Shown here: piece by piece, positions 40,196-50,066 of the stretch
How positions within the stretch are numbered: the stretch's first letter is position 1
Layout of the letters: the number at the start of each line of letters is the position of its first letter
Assembly: GCA_965203325.1 (NCBI GenBank)
Contig: OZ241875.1
Location: forward strand, 128,001-192,000
DNA from: a bacterium
GTDB taxonomy: Bacteria > UBA8248
DNA length: 64,000 nucleotides
Direction: 5' to 3'
Program-made: the position numbers and the translations under genes
The notes under the pieces: model-generated
The model's input: only the letters and a program-made list of their open reading frames with translations
Databases searched by the model: none
Told to the model about the DNA's origin: nothing

Positions 40196-41419
40196 TTGAA
40201 TGCCTTGAAGAAATGGCAACTCCTCGGCCTGCTCACCATCGGCCACGCTTGCGAACACTGGTTCCAGGGCGTTCTGGGGCCCGTCATCCCCTACCTGACC
40301 GACGATCTGGGCCTCACGCTCACCCAGGTGGGACTCCTCTTCACCGGCAGAGCGGTCATGAGCGCCTTGAGCAGCGTGGGAACGGGCTACGTCATCGACG
40401 TCTACGGCGGCGGAAAATGGCTGCTGGTCGGGTGCATGGCTTCGGCCGCCCTGTTCTACGGCGGGGCGGGCTTCGCGACGGGATTCTGGACGCTCGCCCC
40501 CATCATCTGGCTGAGCGGTCTGGCGACGCACACCTGGCACCCTCCCTCCATGGGGCTGCTGGGCATGCGCTTCGATGATCGAAAGGGTTTCGCGCTGGGC
40601 GTGCACGGCACGGGCGCGAACCTGGGGCAGACCCTGGCGCCCATCATCGCGGGTTATCTGCTCCTCCTCATGAGCTGGCGGGGCGTCCTGCTGGCGAACA
40701 CGATTCCTCTTCTCGTCACGGCGATGCTCTTGTGGATTTTTCTGGAGCCGTTCCAGATCAGCGGAAAGCAAAAACCCGGCTCCTCGATCACCCCCCGCAA
40801 TTTCGTGGATGCGCTCATCAAAAACCCGGGGATGATGGGGGCTTGCGTCCTCTCGGGCGTGCGGACGCTCGCGCACAACATCGTCGCGATTTTCCTGCCC
40901 ATCCTGCTGGTGAGAAAATACGGCGTGGGGCCGAGCACCCTGGGCCTTGCGCTCGGCGTGTATTCGGCGGCCTCCATATTTCCCGAAACGATCGTGGGCT
41001 ATCTCTCCGACAGGATTTCCCGAAAATTGATCCTCTTCATCGGGACCGCCGCCGGCGGAATCGCGCTGTTCCTGATCCCCCACGCGGGCACGGGAATTTC
41101 CCTCTACGCCTGCATCGCGTCGGTCGGCGTTTTTCTCATCTCCATGCGCTCGGTGATTTTCGCATACAGCTTCGAGGTCAGCCCGCCCAGGCTGGCGGGA
41201 AGCGTCGTCGGCGTTATTTTTACGGCGAACCAGATTTTCGTTGGCCTGGGGTTGTTCTTTCTGGGTATACTGGCGGACGCATACGGCTTGGAGCTCGTTT
41301 TCGGGACCATCGGCATCGCATGTCTGGGGAGTCTGGTCGCTTTCTCCTGGTTGCCTCGATCGGAGAAGAATTCGGACCTTCGCCAGGCAGCGGCGAATCC
41401 GGGAGATCCTGTGCGCTAG
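40196..41419 (+). CDS. MFS transporter
   Basis: About 12 TM segments; GYVIDVYGG and GYLSDRISRK motif-A variants. Confidence 0.88.
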   Translation: MNALKKWQLLGLLTIGHACEHWFQGVLGPVIPYLTDDLGLTLTQVGLLFTGRAVMSALSSVGTGYVIDVYGGGKWLLVGCMASAALFYGGAGFATGFWTLAPIIWLSGLATHTWHPPSMGLLGMRFDDRKGFALGVHGTGANLGQTLAPIIAGYLLLLMSWRGVLLANTIPLLVTAMLLWIFLEPFQISGKQKPGSSITPRNFVDALIKNPGMMGACVLSGVRTLAHNIVAIFLPILLVRKYGVGPSTLGLALGVYSAASIFPETIVGYLSDRISRKLILFIGTAAGGIALFLIPHAGTGISLYACIASVGVFLISMRSVIFAYSFEVSPPRLAGSVVGVIFTANQIFVGLGLFFLGILADAYGLELVFGTIGIACLGSLVAFSWLPRSEKNSDLRQAAANPGDPVR

Positions 41420-41449
41420 TCCTTCATGATTTGTGCGGGGGGATGTCAT

Positions 41450-44400
41450 ATGAGCGTTCGGATTGAAGAACATCCGGGATTTTCCCATATCGAAAAACTC
41501 TTGCCGGGCGGCGCCCCCACGCCCGCGGCGAAGGACCTCCTGGCCCTGATCGGGGTCAGCGATCCGGTAGGCGTAACCAGAAACCTCCAGTCCCTGGCCT
41601 TACACCCCGCGTTCCCGCGCAACAACTCCGAGTTTTTGCTCCAATTGTTGTCCTCCCTGCGCAACACGTTCGACCCCGAACGCGCCCTGAGCAATTTCGA
41701 GCGCATTCTGGGCACCCGCGAGAACCCGGACCTGCTGTTGAGATCCCTCACCCGCTCGGATGAGCGCAGGGCGGAATTTTTCGCGCTGGCGGGCGGGAGC
41801 CAGTTTCTGATCGAAACGATTCTTCGGCATCCCCGTTTTCTCGACTGGCTCCTTCGGCCCGGCACGCTGAGTACCGCCCGCACGAAGGAAAAAATGGTCT
41901 CCGAGCTATGGAAGTGGGTGCAGGAGAACCAGGATGCACCCAATGGGCCGGAAAACGCGATGCGCCGGTTCCGTCAGCGCGAATACCTGAGAATCGCGGT
42001 GCTGGATCTGTTGCGGCGGGCGTCGCTCATGGAAATCACCACGAATCTCTCCCACCTGGCGGACGCCTGCCTGGAGGTGGCGGTCCGCCTCGCAAGGGCC
42101 GAGCTCGTGGAAAAATACGGGAAACCCCGCCACAAAGGGGCGGACGGGAGATGGCGAAGCACCGAATTCAGCGTGATCGGGATGGGCAAGCTCGGCGGTC
42201 TTGAACTCAACTTCAGTTCGGACATCGATCTGATCTTCGTGTATTCATCGGACGAAGGAGAGACGACCGGGGTGACGGACGCGATCACGGGCCGGACGAA
42301 AAGGAGCATCTCCAACCACGAGTTTTTCGCCCATCTCTCCCGGCGCCTCATATCCCTGATGGCGAAAAACACCGAAGAGGGCCATGTGTTCCGGATAGAC
42401 ACGCGCCTCAGGCCCGAGGGGTCGCAAGGCGCACTGGCGTATTCGCTCAGAAGCTGTGAGGTGTATTACGAATCCTGGGGCGAGACGTGGGAGCGGCAGG
42501 CTCTCATCAAATCCCGGCACTGCGCGGGTTCCGCCGCCTTGAGCGACGACTTCATGAAGATGATTCGCCCGTTCGTGTACCGGCGGACGATGGACATCAG
42601 CGTGCTCGAGGAGATCGGCCGCATCAAGGGCCGCATCAACGAAAACCTCAAAGGCGTGGACGCGGCGACGCGAAACGTGAAGCTCGGCGAAGGCGGCATC
42701 CGCGAGATCGAATTCATCACCCAGGCATTGCAGCTCATCTACGGCGGCCGCGAAACGCTGCTCCAGAACCCGGGCACGCTGGCGGGCCTTTCCATCATCG
42801 AGGCGCTCGGCCTTTTGCCCGCCCATGAATGCGACCAACTCTCGAACGCCTACGTGTTCCTAAGAGACGTGGAGCACCGCGTCCAGGTCACGCACGGGCT
42901 CCAGACGCACGAGGTCCCGGCGGACGAGAAGAGTCTGAACGTGCTGGCCCGCAAGATGGACTGCGCGGAAAGCGCTGAACTGAGAACCCGGCTGGCGTAT
43001 CACCAGAACAACGTATCCAGGGTTTTTGAAAACATGTTCCGGGGTGAAAACGGGGAAGAGGAAACGCCGTCGCCGGGCGGCGCGCCGACGCCGGCGCTTA
43101 CGCTGGGCGACTCGCTGTCCGCCGAGGACCTGGGCTCCTACAGCTTCGTGGACCCCGAAGGCGTGAGCACGCACCTCAAACTCCTGCGCAACGGCGCATC
43201 GCTCGAACACGTGAGCGCCAAGGCGAAGCGGATTTTCGACGAACTACTCCCCCGCATGTTGCACCAGACGCTCGATCTCCCCGAGCCGGACAGGGCCATC
43301 GCGCACCTCAATAAATTCGTGGAGCGGGGGGGCGGGCGCGAATCCATCCTGGGGTTCATGGCCGAGCAGGAAGAATCGCTGGAAATCATTCTCAAACTCT
43401 TCGCTTCGAGCAATTATCTGGCCGAGGTGCTGATCGAACAACCCGGGCTCCTGGAGACGCTCTTTCAGAGGGAAACGCTCACCGAGCCGCGCTCCGAGGC
43501 GCTGCTCGCCGAAGAGCTGAACAAAATAACGGGCGCCCAAATCTCGCCGGAAGAAAAATTCAACCGCCTGCATCTGCTCAAGAAAAGCGAGGAACTCGCC
43601 ATCGGCATCAGAAGCATTCTCGGGGCGGCGGACATCCTCGAAACGCTCTCCGCCCTCTCCCACCTCGCCGAAGCAATACTCAAGAGCGGCTACGATATCG
43701 CCCACGAGAGAATGCTGAAACTCTACGGCGTCCCGATGGAGGAGGAGACGGGGGCGGAAGCCCGGTTCGCCATCATCGGCCTCGGCAAGCTGGGCAGCGG
43801 GGAGATGAACTACGGCTCGGACCTCGACCTGATATTCGTCTACAGCGCCGCCGGGACGACGAGCGGCCAATTCGACGGCAAACCAGCCGAATACCGAGCC
43901 GTCTCGAACCACGAATTCTACATCAAGGTCGCCACGTTCCTGCGCGACAGCCTGGCCGCATCGGGCTCCCGTGAGAGGACATACGAGATGGACCTGCGCC
44001 TGCGGCCCGAAGGAGTGAAGGGCGCATTGGTCGCGCCGGTGGATGTATTCAAAGATTACTTTAATAACCGGGCTGAAACATGGGAAAGACAAGCACTTAC
44101 AAGATCAAGACATGTCGCGGGATGTGAAGGGTTCGGCGCGCAGTTCATGGAGTTGGTGAATGAATTCGTGTATGTGCGCGAAGCGCCCGCGGACCTCGCC
44201 GAACAGGTGCGTCACATGCGCGGACGCATCGAAAAAGAACTCTCCGCCGAGGATGAGGGAATCGCCGACATCAAGCTCGGTCGCGGGGGGATCATCGACA
44301 TCGAGTTCTTGACGCAGTATCTATTGATAGGAAATGGAGGAGCGCATCCGGATATCCGGGTTCCGAACACCTACCTCGCCCTGCAGGCCTTGAAGGAAGC

Positions 44401-44665
44401 GGGTTTTCTCTCGGGCGAGGATGCCGGGGCGTTGCTCGATGGGTACCGCTTCCTGCGCCTCGTCGAGAATCGTCTCCGCATCGGGAATGCGCAATCGATC
44501 AACATCTTTTTGAAAACGAGACACGCCATGAACATGTTGGCGCGGCGAATGAATTTCGTGGATGATATGGATGGAAGCGCCAACGCCAAATTGTTGGCCC
44601 GGTTCGAAATGCATACGGACCGCGTGAGGCAGGTCTATGAGAAAATCGTAACCGCGAACAAGTGA
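41450..44665 (+). CDS. glnE: Bifunctional glutamine synthetase adenylyltransferase / adenylyl-removing enzyme
   Basis: Two nucleotidyltransferase domains: GMGKLGGLELNFSSDIDL and GLGKLGSGEMNYGSDLDL; RLRPEG, WERQAL twice. Confidence 0.96.
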   Translation: MSVRIEEHPGFSHIEKLLPGGAPTPAAKDLLALIGVSDPVGVTRNLQSLALHPAFPRNNSEFLLQLLSSLRNTFDPERALSNFERILGTRENPDLLLRSLTRSDERRAEFFALAGGSQFLIETILRHPRFLDWLLRPGTLSTARTKEKMVSELWKWVQENQDAPNGPENAMRRFRQREYLRIAVLDLLRRASLMEITTNLSHLADACLEVAVRLARAELVEKYGKPRHKGADGRWRSTEFSVIGMGKLGGLELNFSSDIDLIFVYSSDEGETTGVTDAITGRTKRSISNHEFFAHLSRRLISLMAKNTEEGHVFRIDTRLRPEGSQGALAYSLRSCEVYYESWGETWERQALIKSRHCAGSAALSDDFMKMIRPFVYRRTMDISVLEEIGRIKGRINENLKGVDAATRNVKLGEGGIREIEFITQALQLIYGGRETLLQNPGTLAGLSIIEALGLLPAHECDQLSNAYVFLRDVEHRVQVTHGLQTHEVPADEKSLNVLARKMDCAESAELRTRLAYHQNNVSRVFENMFRGENGEEETPSPGGAPTPALTLGDSLSAEDLGSYSFVDPEGVSTHLKLLRNGASLEHVSAKAKRIFDELLPRMLHQTLDLPEPDRAIAHLNKFVERGGGRESILGFMAEQEESLEIILKLFASSNYLAEVLIEQPGLLETLFQRETLTEPRSEALLAEELNKITGAQISPEEKFNRLHLLKKSEELAIGIRSILGAADILETLSALSHLAEAILKSGYDIAHERMLKLYGVPMEEETGAEARFAIIGLGKLGSGEMNYGSDLDLIFVYSAAGTTSGQFDGKPAEYRAVSNHEFYIKVATFLRDSLAASGSRERTYEMDLRLRPEGVKGALVAPVDVFKDYFNNRAETWERQALTRSRHVAGCEGFGAQFMELVNEFVYVREAPADLAEQVRHMRGRIEKELSAEDEGIADIKLGRGGIIDIEFLTQYLLIGNGGAHPDIRVPNTYLALQALKEAGFLSGEDAGALLDGYRFLRLVENRLRIGNAQSINIFLKTRHAMNMLARRMNFVDDMDGSANAKLLARFEMHTDRVRQVYEKIVTANK

Positions 44666-44737
44666 CCCCCGGCGGGAGCCGCCGGCCGGGCAACCCCGCG
44701 CATCCCTTTTCGCACAACCAACGCCAGAGGACTCGAA

Positions 44738-45961
44738 TTGCTTATCAATCCAGATCGTTTTCGCCTGTCCATGGAGGAGATGGCCCGGGTCGGAGCGACT
44801 AAAGGAGGCGGCGTCAACCGCCTCACGCTCACCGACGCCGACAAGGAAGCCAGGGATTTGTTCGCCGCGTGGGTGGGCGAGGCCGGCCTCGATTTGCGGA
44901 TCGACGAGATGGGAAACATGTTCGCAAGGCGCGCGGGCCGGGAAAACGACGCCCCTCCCGCCATGGCGGGCAGCCACCTGGACTCCGTGCCGAACGGCGG
45001 CCGCTTCGATGGCTCGCTGGGCGTACTGGCCGCCCTGGAAGCCGTGAGGACGCTGAACGACAAGAACATATCGACGAGACGCCCGGTAGAGATCGTCAAC
45101 TGGACGAACGAGGAGGGCCCCCGCTTTCCGCCTTCGATGCTCGGAAGCGGCGTGTTCGCGGGCGCGATACCGCTCGAGGCGGCCTATGAGACGAGAGACG
45201 CTGATGGCGCGAGGTTTATCGATGAACTCGAGCGCATCGGCTACCGGGGAGATGCGCCCTGCACCCCCCGGCCGGTCGGGGCCTACCTCGAACTCCACAT
45301 CGAGCAAGGCCCCGCTCTCGTGAGCGAGGGGGTTCAGGTAGGCGTCGTGGAGGGGATTTTCGGCCTAACCTGGCTGCGGGTCGCCATGAAAGGAGAGCGC
45401 GACCACGCCGGCCCCACGCCGATGCACATGCGGCGCGACGCCCTGGTGGGTGCGGCGCGCACGATTGCGGCCATCCGTGAAATCCCGGGGAAACTGCATC
45501 CCGAATTCGTCGCCACGGTGGGGGAATTCTCCCTCTCCCCAGGCGCGATTAACGTCATCCCCGATGACGTGACGTTTTCGGTCGATTTCAGGCACAGCGA
45601 CCCGGAACTGCTCGGTGAGGCGCGAAAGCTCATCGAGGAGGCCGCGCACAGAGAAGCGGAGAAGGAAAATCTCGAGGTTGAGATTCAGGACGTCGGCGGC
45701 TCTACCCCCACCGCTTTTGACGCAAGCGTGGCGCAGGCCGTCAGGAGCGCGTGCGAGGAGTCGGGCTACAGCCACCGCTCCATGTGGAGCGCCGCCGGGC
45801 ACGACGCCCGCTATGCGGCCGACCTCGGGCCCACGGCCATGATCTTCGTGCCCTGCGTCGCCGGCAAGAGCCACTCCGAAGAAGAGGACATGGACTGGGA
45901 GGACGCCTACCGGGGCTGCGACGTCCTGGTGCGCGGGTTGCTGAAAACGGCGGATTCTTGA
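44738..45961 (+). CDS. Zn-dependent M20 amidohydrolase (allantoate amidohydrolase / N-carbamoylase family)
   Basis: GSHLDSVPNGGRFDG, NEEG.RF, ELHIEQGP, HAG.TPM, SAAGHDA. Confidence 0.93.
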   Translation: MLINPDRFRLSMEEMARVGATKGGGVNRLTLTDADKEARDLFAAWVGEAGLDLRIDEMGNMFARRAGRENDAPPAMAGSHLDSVPNGGRFDGSLGVLAALEAVRTLNDKNISTRRPVEIVNWTNEEGPRFPPSMLGSGVFAGAIPLEAAYETRDADGARFIDELERIGYRGDAPCTPRPVGAYLELHIEQGPALVSEGVQVGVVEGIFGLTWLRVAMKGERDHAGPTPMHMRRDALVGAARTIAAIREIPGKLHPEFVATVGEFSLSPGAINVIPDDVTFSVDFRHSDPELLGEARKLIEEAAHREAEKENLEVEIQDVGGSTPTAFDASVAQAVRSACEESGYSHRSMWSAAGHDARYAADLGPTAMIFVPCVAGKSHSEEEDMDWEDAYRGCDVLVRGLLKTADS

Positions 45962-46000
45962 GCGGAACATATTCCACACAGTAAGGATGAGGGGAAACGA

Positions 46001-46840
46001 ATGGCTAGAGTGAAATGGGAAAACGGGGCGCGATGCGCCGTGTGTCTGACTTTCGACGTGGACGGCGAGACGGTCTGGATGGGCCGGGACCCCTCGTTGG
46101 GGGGCCGCCCCATCCACAACTCCATGGGGGCTTACGGCCCCAAGGTGGGGATCCCGCGGATACTCAAGTTGTTGAAGAAATACAACCTGCCCGGCGCTTT
46201 CTACATCCCGAGCTGGACGGTGGAGAAATGGCCCAAGATGACCGAGTCCATCGTGAAGGCGGGGCATGAAATCGGCCACCACGGCCACATTCACGAAAAA
46301 CCCTACCAGATGTGCGACGCCGAACGCGAAGAGGAGTTGCTCGTGCGCGCCCTCGATATCTTAAGGCGCGATACGGGACAGGAAATCCTGGGGTCCCGCA
46401 CCCCCTCGGCGGACCCGAGCGTCCACACGATGGGGCTGCTCAAGAAATACGGGCTTTTGTACCACTCGAACATGATGGACGACGACTGGCCCTACTACCA
46501 CGATTGCGGCCTCGTCGAGTTGCCCACCAAGTGGAGCCTCGACGATTTCATCTTCTTCGCCCACAGCACGAACCCCCCGCTCGGCCACGGCATCCGCGAC
46601 CCCGAATCGGTCTATTCGATATGGGTCGAGGAGTTCGAGGGCACGTATGAGGAAGGCGGATACATCAACATCATGTGCCATCCCCAGATCATCGGCCAGC
46701 ACCACCGGATGCGGATGCTCGAGCGGCTTATTCAGCACATCCTCGCGAAGGGCGACGCCTGGGTCGCCGCACCTGTCGACGTGGCGAAGTGCTGGGCTTC
46801 ACAAAGAAAAGCACCCAGGGCGAGAAGAGCGAGAAGATAG
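46001..46840 (+). CDS. Polysaccharide deacetylase family protein (CE4, PuuE/PgdA-like)
   Basis: TFDVD, YGPKVGIPRIL, HEIGHHGHIHE, MCHP. Confidence 0.88.
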   Translation: MARVKWENGARCAVCLTFDVDGETVWMGRDPSLGGRPIHNSMGAYGPKVGIPRILKLLKKYNLPGAFYIPSWTVEKWPKMTESIVKAGHEIGHHGHIHEKPYQMCDAEREEELLVRALDILRRDTGQEILGSRTPSADPSVHTMGLLKKYGLLYHSNMMDDDWPYYHDCGLVELPTKWSLDDFIFFAHSTNPPLGHGIRDPESVYSIWVEEFEGTYEEGGYINIMCHPQIIGQHHRMRMLERLIQHILAKGDAWVAAPVDVAKCWASQRKAPRARRARR

Positions 46841-46854
46841 GAAGCAGCCGGCTC

Positions 46855-47292
46855 TCAGAATATCGGGGAGAGCCAGCCCAGCAGGCCGCCGTAAATAGCG
46901 TGGGCGATCACGGCCGTCTGCCACGCCCTGGGGTGGAACTTTCGGCTGAAAAAACCGTGCCCCGTGATGAGCGGGTTGAAGACGCATTGGGAGAAGATCA
47001 GGAGCACCCCGCCCCAGATTAAGCCCCGCACGACGTTTGGCCCGGGAAGATACCCCGCCGCCCAGGTGGCGAATATCAGGCCGAAGATGATCCCGTTCAG
47101 ATGCACCGCGATAAAGCCGAGCGTATAAGGCGGATTCCCCTCGTACGCCTCGCCGAACAGGAGCATCGACACCCCCTTGCCGAAGTCGAGCTTCACCATG
47201 CCTATCTTGTCCGCGATGAGGGCGAAGACGAGATGGGCGTAGGTGGCCAGAAAAGAGGCCGCGCAGACGACGAAAAAGTCACCCGGGTTCAT
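46855..47292 (-). CDS. Hypothetical membrane protein (four TM segments, several His)
   Basis: MNPGDFF start; HLNGIIFG, HAIYG. Confidence 0.7.
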   Translation of the reverse strand: MNPGDFFVVCAASFLATYAHLVFALIADKIGMVKLDFGKGVSMLLFGEAYEGNPPYTLGFIAVHLNGIIFGLIFATWAAGYLPGPNVVRGLIWGGVLLIFSQCVFNPLITGHGFFSRKFHPRAWQTAVIAHAIYGGLLGWLSPIF

Positions 47293-47518
47293 GAATCCCC
47301 TTCCCGCTCGGCGGTAGAATCCTGAATTTTCCAAAAAATTCTTGCAGGGCGCATCCCCGGCGGGGAGGCGTCCCCATGAAGAAGAGAATACAGGTATCGG
47401 CGCGCACGCGCCAAGCCCTGTCCGACCTGATCGAAGACCGTCTGTCGAGTCCCGATGCACGCGCCGATCAGATAAAACCGGCCACGCGGCTCATCGTATA
47501 AGAAGTCCTTGAAGTGGA

Positions 47519-47587
47519 AAACGACATCAGGCAGCCCTCGGCCGATATGCGCCCAAAGAAATTACCCGGCATCTACGGTACTTGACC
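47519..47587. repeat. 69-bp direct repeat, copy 1
   Basis: 61/69 identical to 48724-48792. Confidence 0.85.
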
Positions 47588-47720
47588 GTCAGCATGCCAT
47601 TCCATCCGCAAAAAGTAACAAATGGAGACCATGAACGGGTCGTAGTTGTCGTCGGGCTTGGTTGTGGTGGGATACGAGTCGTCTTTTGCGTCCTGCTCCT
47701 TCCCCGACTTCGGAGCCATC

Positions 47721-47759
47721 TTGCCGTTTGGCCTATTACAGGTTATATTACTGGTAATA
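47721..47759 (+). promoter_or_regulatory. TA promoter with overlapping palindromic operators
   Basis: TTGCCG-N17-TATATT; TATTACAGGTTATA (47734-47747) and TATTACTGGTAATA (47746-47759). Confidence 0.55.
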
Positions 47760-47774
47760 ACAAGGAGGTCAATC

Positions 47775-48077
47775 ATGAGCGATATATCCCGGAGACGTGC
47801 GACAAAAAAATATCGGAGCCGTTTGGCTGAACGCGGCATGGCCCGCTTCGAGGTCCTCGGGCGCGACACCGACAAAGAGCTTATCCGTTCGTTGGCCAGG
47901 CGTTTGGCGGAAGACTGCCCGGAAGCCGATCGTCTGAGGAGCGTCGTCAGCCAAGGCGTCACGGGCGAACCGCCAGGGAAAGGCGGAATCCTTGAAGCAC
48001 TGCGCCGCTCGCCGCTCGTCGGCGCCGAAGCGATTGCATCCCGTCCATTCGAGTCCGGTCGCGAGGTTGATCTGTGA
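47775..48077 (+). CDS. Putative antitoxin of the PIN toxin
   Basis: AGGAGG RBS; 100 aa with basic N-terminus; GTGA overlap with the toxin gene. Confidence 0.75.
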   Translation: MSDISRRRATKKYRSRLAERGMARFEVLGRDTDKELIRSLARRLAEDCPEADRLRSVVSQGVTGEPPGKGGILEALRRSPLVGAEAIASRPFESGREVDL

Positions 48078-48508
48078 GCCGGTATCTTCTTGACACCAAT
48101 ATCATCAGCAGTGTCACGAAGCCCGTGCCACCGGAGTCTCTGCTGGTCTGGATGGCCGGGCAGGCTGACGAAAACCTCTTCATATCCGCACTCACCATCG
48201 CCGAGGTCCGACGCAGCGTGCTGGAGAAGCCTGCCGGCCGCAAGCGTGATCAACTTGAAGCGTGGTTCGCGGGTCCGGAAGGTCCACCGGCTCTTTTCGC
48301 CGGCCGCGTGCTCCCCTTCGACGAGAAGGCCGCTCTCGTATGGGCAAGACTTATGGCGGAAGGCAAGGCGCAAGGCCGCTCCCGCAGCGCGCTCGATACG
48401 ATCATCGCTGCGATCGCGGAAGCCAATGAATGTATCGTCGTGACCGACAATGAAAAGGACTTCATCGGCGTCGAGACGTTCAACCCGCTTCGAAACACGG
48501 CGCGATGA
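48074..48508 (+). CDS. vapC: Type II TA system PIN-domain toxin
   Basis: YLLDTNIIS, TIAE, DTIIAAIA, VVTDNEKDF. Confidence 0.9.
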   Translation: MSRYLLDTNIISSVTKPVPPESLLVWMAGQADENLFISALTIAEVRRSVLEKPAGRKRDQLEAWFAGPEGPPALFAGRVLPFDEKAALVWARLMAEGKAQGRSRSALDTIIAAIAEANECIVVTDNEKDFIGVETFNPLRNTAR

Positions 48509-48562
48509 AAAAGCGAGTGCTCAGCGTTCAGTTCGTCATCGCGAGTCACCAAGGAGAACAAG

Positions 48563-48723
48563 ATGTCGAAGACCCGGATAGAGTGGACGGATGCAACCTG
48601 GAATCCCGTGGCGGGATACGCCGTTCCGACAGCCGGCTGCACCGATTGTTACGCCATGGCGATGCGAAGCGCCTGGAGGCCATGGGGGTCGAGAAATATG
48701 CGGAACCGACTCGCCGGAGCGAG
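48563..48723 (+). pseudogene. Truncated, frameshifted DUF5131 (phage Gp37/Gp68) gene
   Basis: MSKTRIEWTDATWNPVAG...GCTDCYA, continuing in another frame as AKRLEAMGVEKY, then cut by the repeat. Confidence 0.75.
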
Positions 48724-48792
48724 AAACGACATCAGCCAGCCTTCGGCCGAAATGCGCCAGAAGAAATTATCCGGCATCTACGGGGCTTGACC
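48724..48792. repeat. 69-bp direct repeat, copy 2
   Basis: 61/69 identical to 47519-47587. Confidence 0.85.
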
Positions 48793-48843
48793 CCGCTCAG
48801 CGAATTCACCACTTGAATCACGCACCTTCGACATCCTTTGCCC

Positions 48844-50025
48844 CTACCCGGTGTACTCCAGGATGTGCATCCCCGCTCCGTTCCGGTCGATCAGGTAGAG
48901 CAGGCCGTTCTCGTCCATGCCGATGTCGTTCGACTGGGCGTAGTCCTTACCGAAGTTCATTTCGGGGATGTAGTGTCCGACTTCCTCAGGCTTGAACGGG
49001 TCCGACACATCGATGGCCCGCAGCCCCGAGTTGAAGTACGTGAGGAAGACAAGGTCCTTCCAGGGGCCTTCCGCAGGGAGATATTCCAGAATGTTGTGCG
49101 CCCCGAAGCGCCCTCCCCGGTTCATGTTCTCTTCCCTGTCCGGTATGTAGGTGGAGACGGGTATCGGATTCGTCTCGTCCCGGATGTCCACCACCCACAT
49201 GAACTGGCTGTGTTCGTAGTTCTCCCGCGCGTTCGCCTCGTCCGTCACCACGACGTACGGCCTGTCGCCGAGCGGCCACACGGTATGCGTGGAGCCGACG
49301 AAGGGCGGCGACCAGCAAAGGCGCCCTACGCACTCGATGTTTCTCAGATCTGCGCAATCGAAAATGCCCATGCCCGCCCCCCAGAAACCGCAGTACATGC
49401 GATCTCCGCGAATGGTGGCGGGGCCGTGGCACGTCCACGAACGCGAGAAATCCTCAGGCTCTTCGTACTCGTAATCAAGACTCAGATCCTGCTGCGGGAG
49501 ACCGACGATGTTGAGCACCTCGGGCTTGAGAGGATTCGTGATGTCGAGAGTCCACATGACCCGGTTTCGCCACCCCTCGGCATGGTTCGGCAGAAACGCG
49601 AGCCCGCGCTCGTTGTCGACGCCGAAACGATGCGGCCCCGTACCGGGCAGATCGAAAAAGCCGACTTCCTTGGGCTCCGCCGGATTCGAGATATCGAAAA
49701 TGCAAAGTCCCGATCGCGCCGCCTCCCCCTCGGGCGTCTTGAGTCGCTCGTGATTCACATAGAGCAGGTCGTCCCCCACGATGCGGACCTTGTGATTGTG
49801 CAGGCCGGGAGGCGCGAACACCTCGGCGATGCGTCTCGGGTTGCTGGGGTCGGATACGTCGTGGACGGTCCAGCCCTCGGGTCCGTCGTAGCTCGCCGTT
49901 CCCACCGCGCCCACATAGGCGTATCCGTTTTTCACCTCGACGATGCTGCCCCCGCCCCATGCCGCGTCCTGGTCGTGTCCTACGAGTCTGAAATTCTTCG
50001 ATTCAGCCGGTGCGCCTTTCGCCAT
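48844..50025 (-). CDS. LVIVD-repeat beta-propeller protein
   Basis: Repeats HDVSDPSNP, FDISNPAEP, LDITNPLKP, VDIRDETNP, IDVSDPFKP; His motifs CHG, THT, AHN. Confidence 0.8.
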   Translation of the reverse strand: MAKGAPAESKNFRLVGHDQDAAWGGGSIVEVKNGYAYVGAVGTASYDGPEGWTVHDVSDPSNPRRIAEVFAPPGLHNHKVRIVGDDLLYVNHERLKTPEGEAARSGLCIFDISNPAEPKEVGFFDLPGTGPHRFGVDNERGLAFLPNHAEGWRNRVMWTLDITNPLKPEVLNIVGLPQQDLSLDYEYEEPEDFSRSWTCHGPATIRGDRMYCGFWGAGMGIFDCADLRNIECVGRLCWSPPFVGSTHTVWPLGDRPYVVVTDEANARENYEHSQFMWVVDIRDETNPIPVSTYIPDREENMNRGGRFGAHNILEYLPAEGPWKDLVFLTYFNSGLRAIDVSDPFKPEEVGHYIPEMNFGKDYAQSNDIGMDENGLLYLIDRNGAGMHILEYTG

Positions 50026-50066
50026 TGTCCGTCTCCTGTGCAGTCGCCGTGAAACCAACAATCAAC

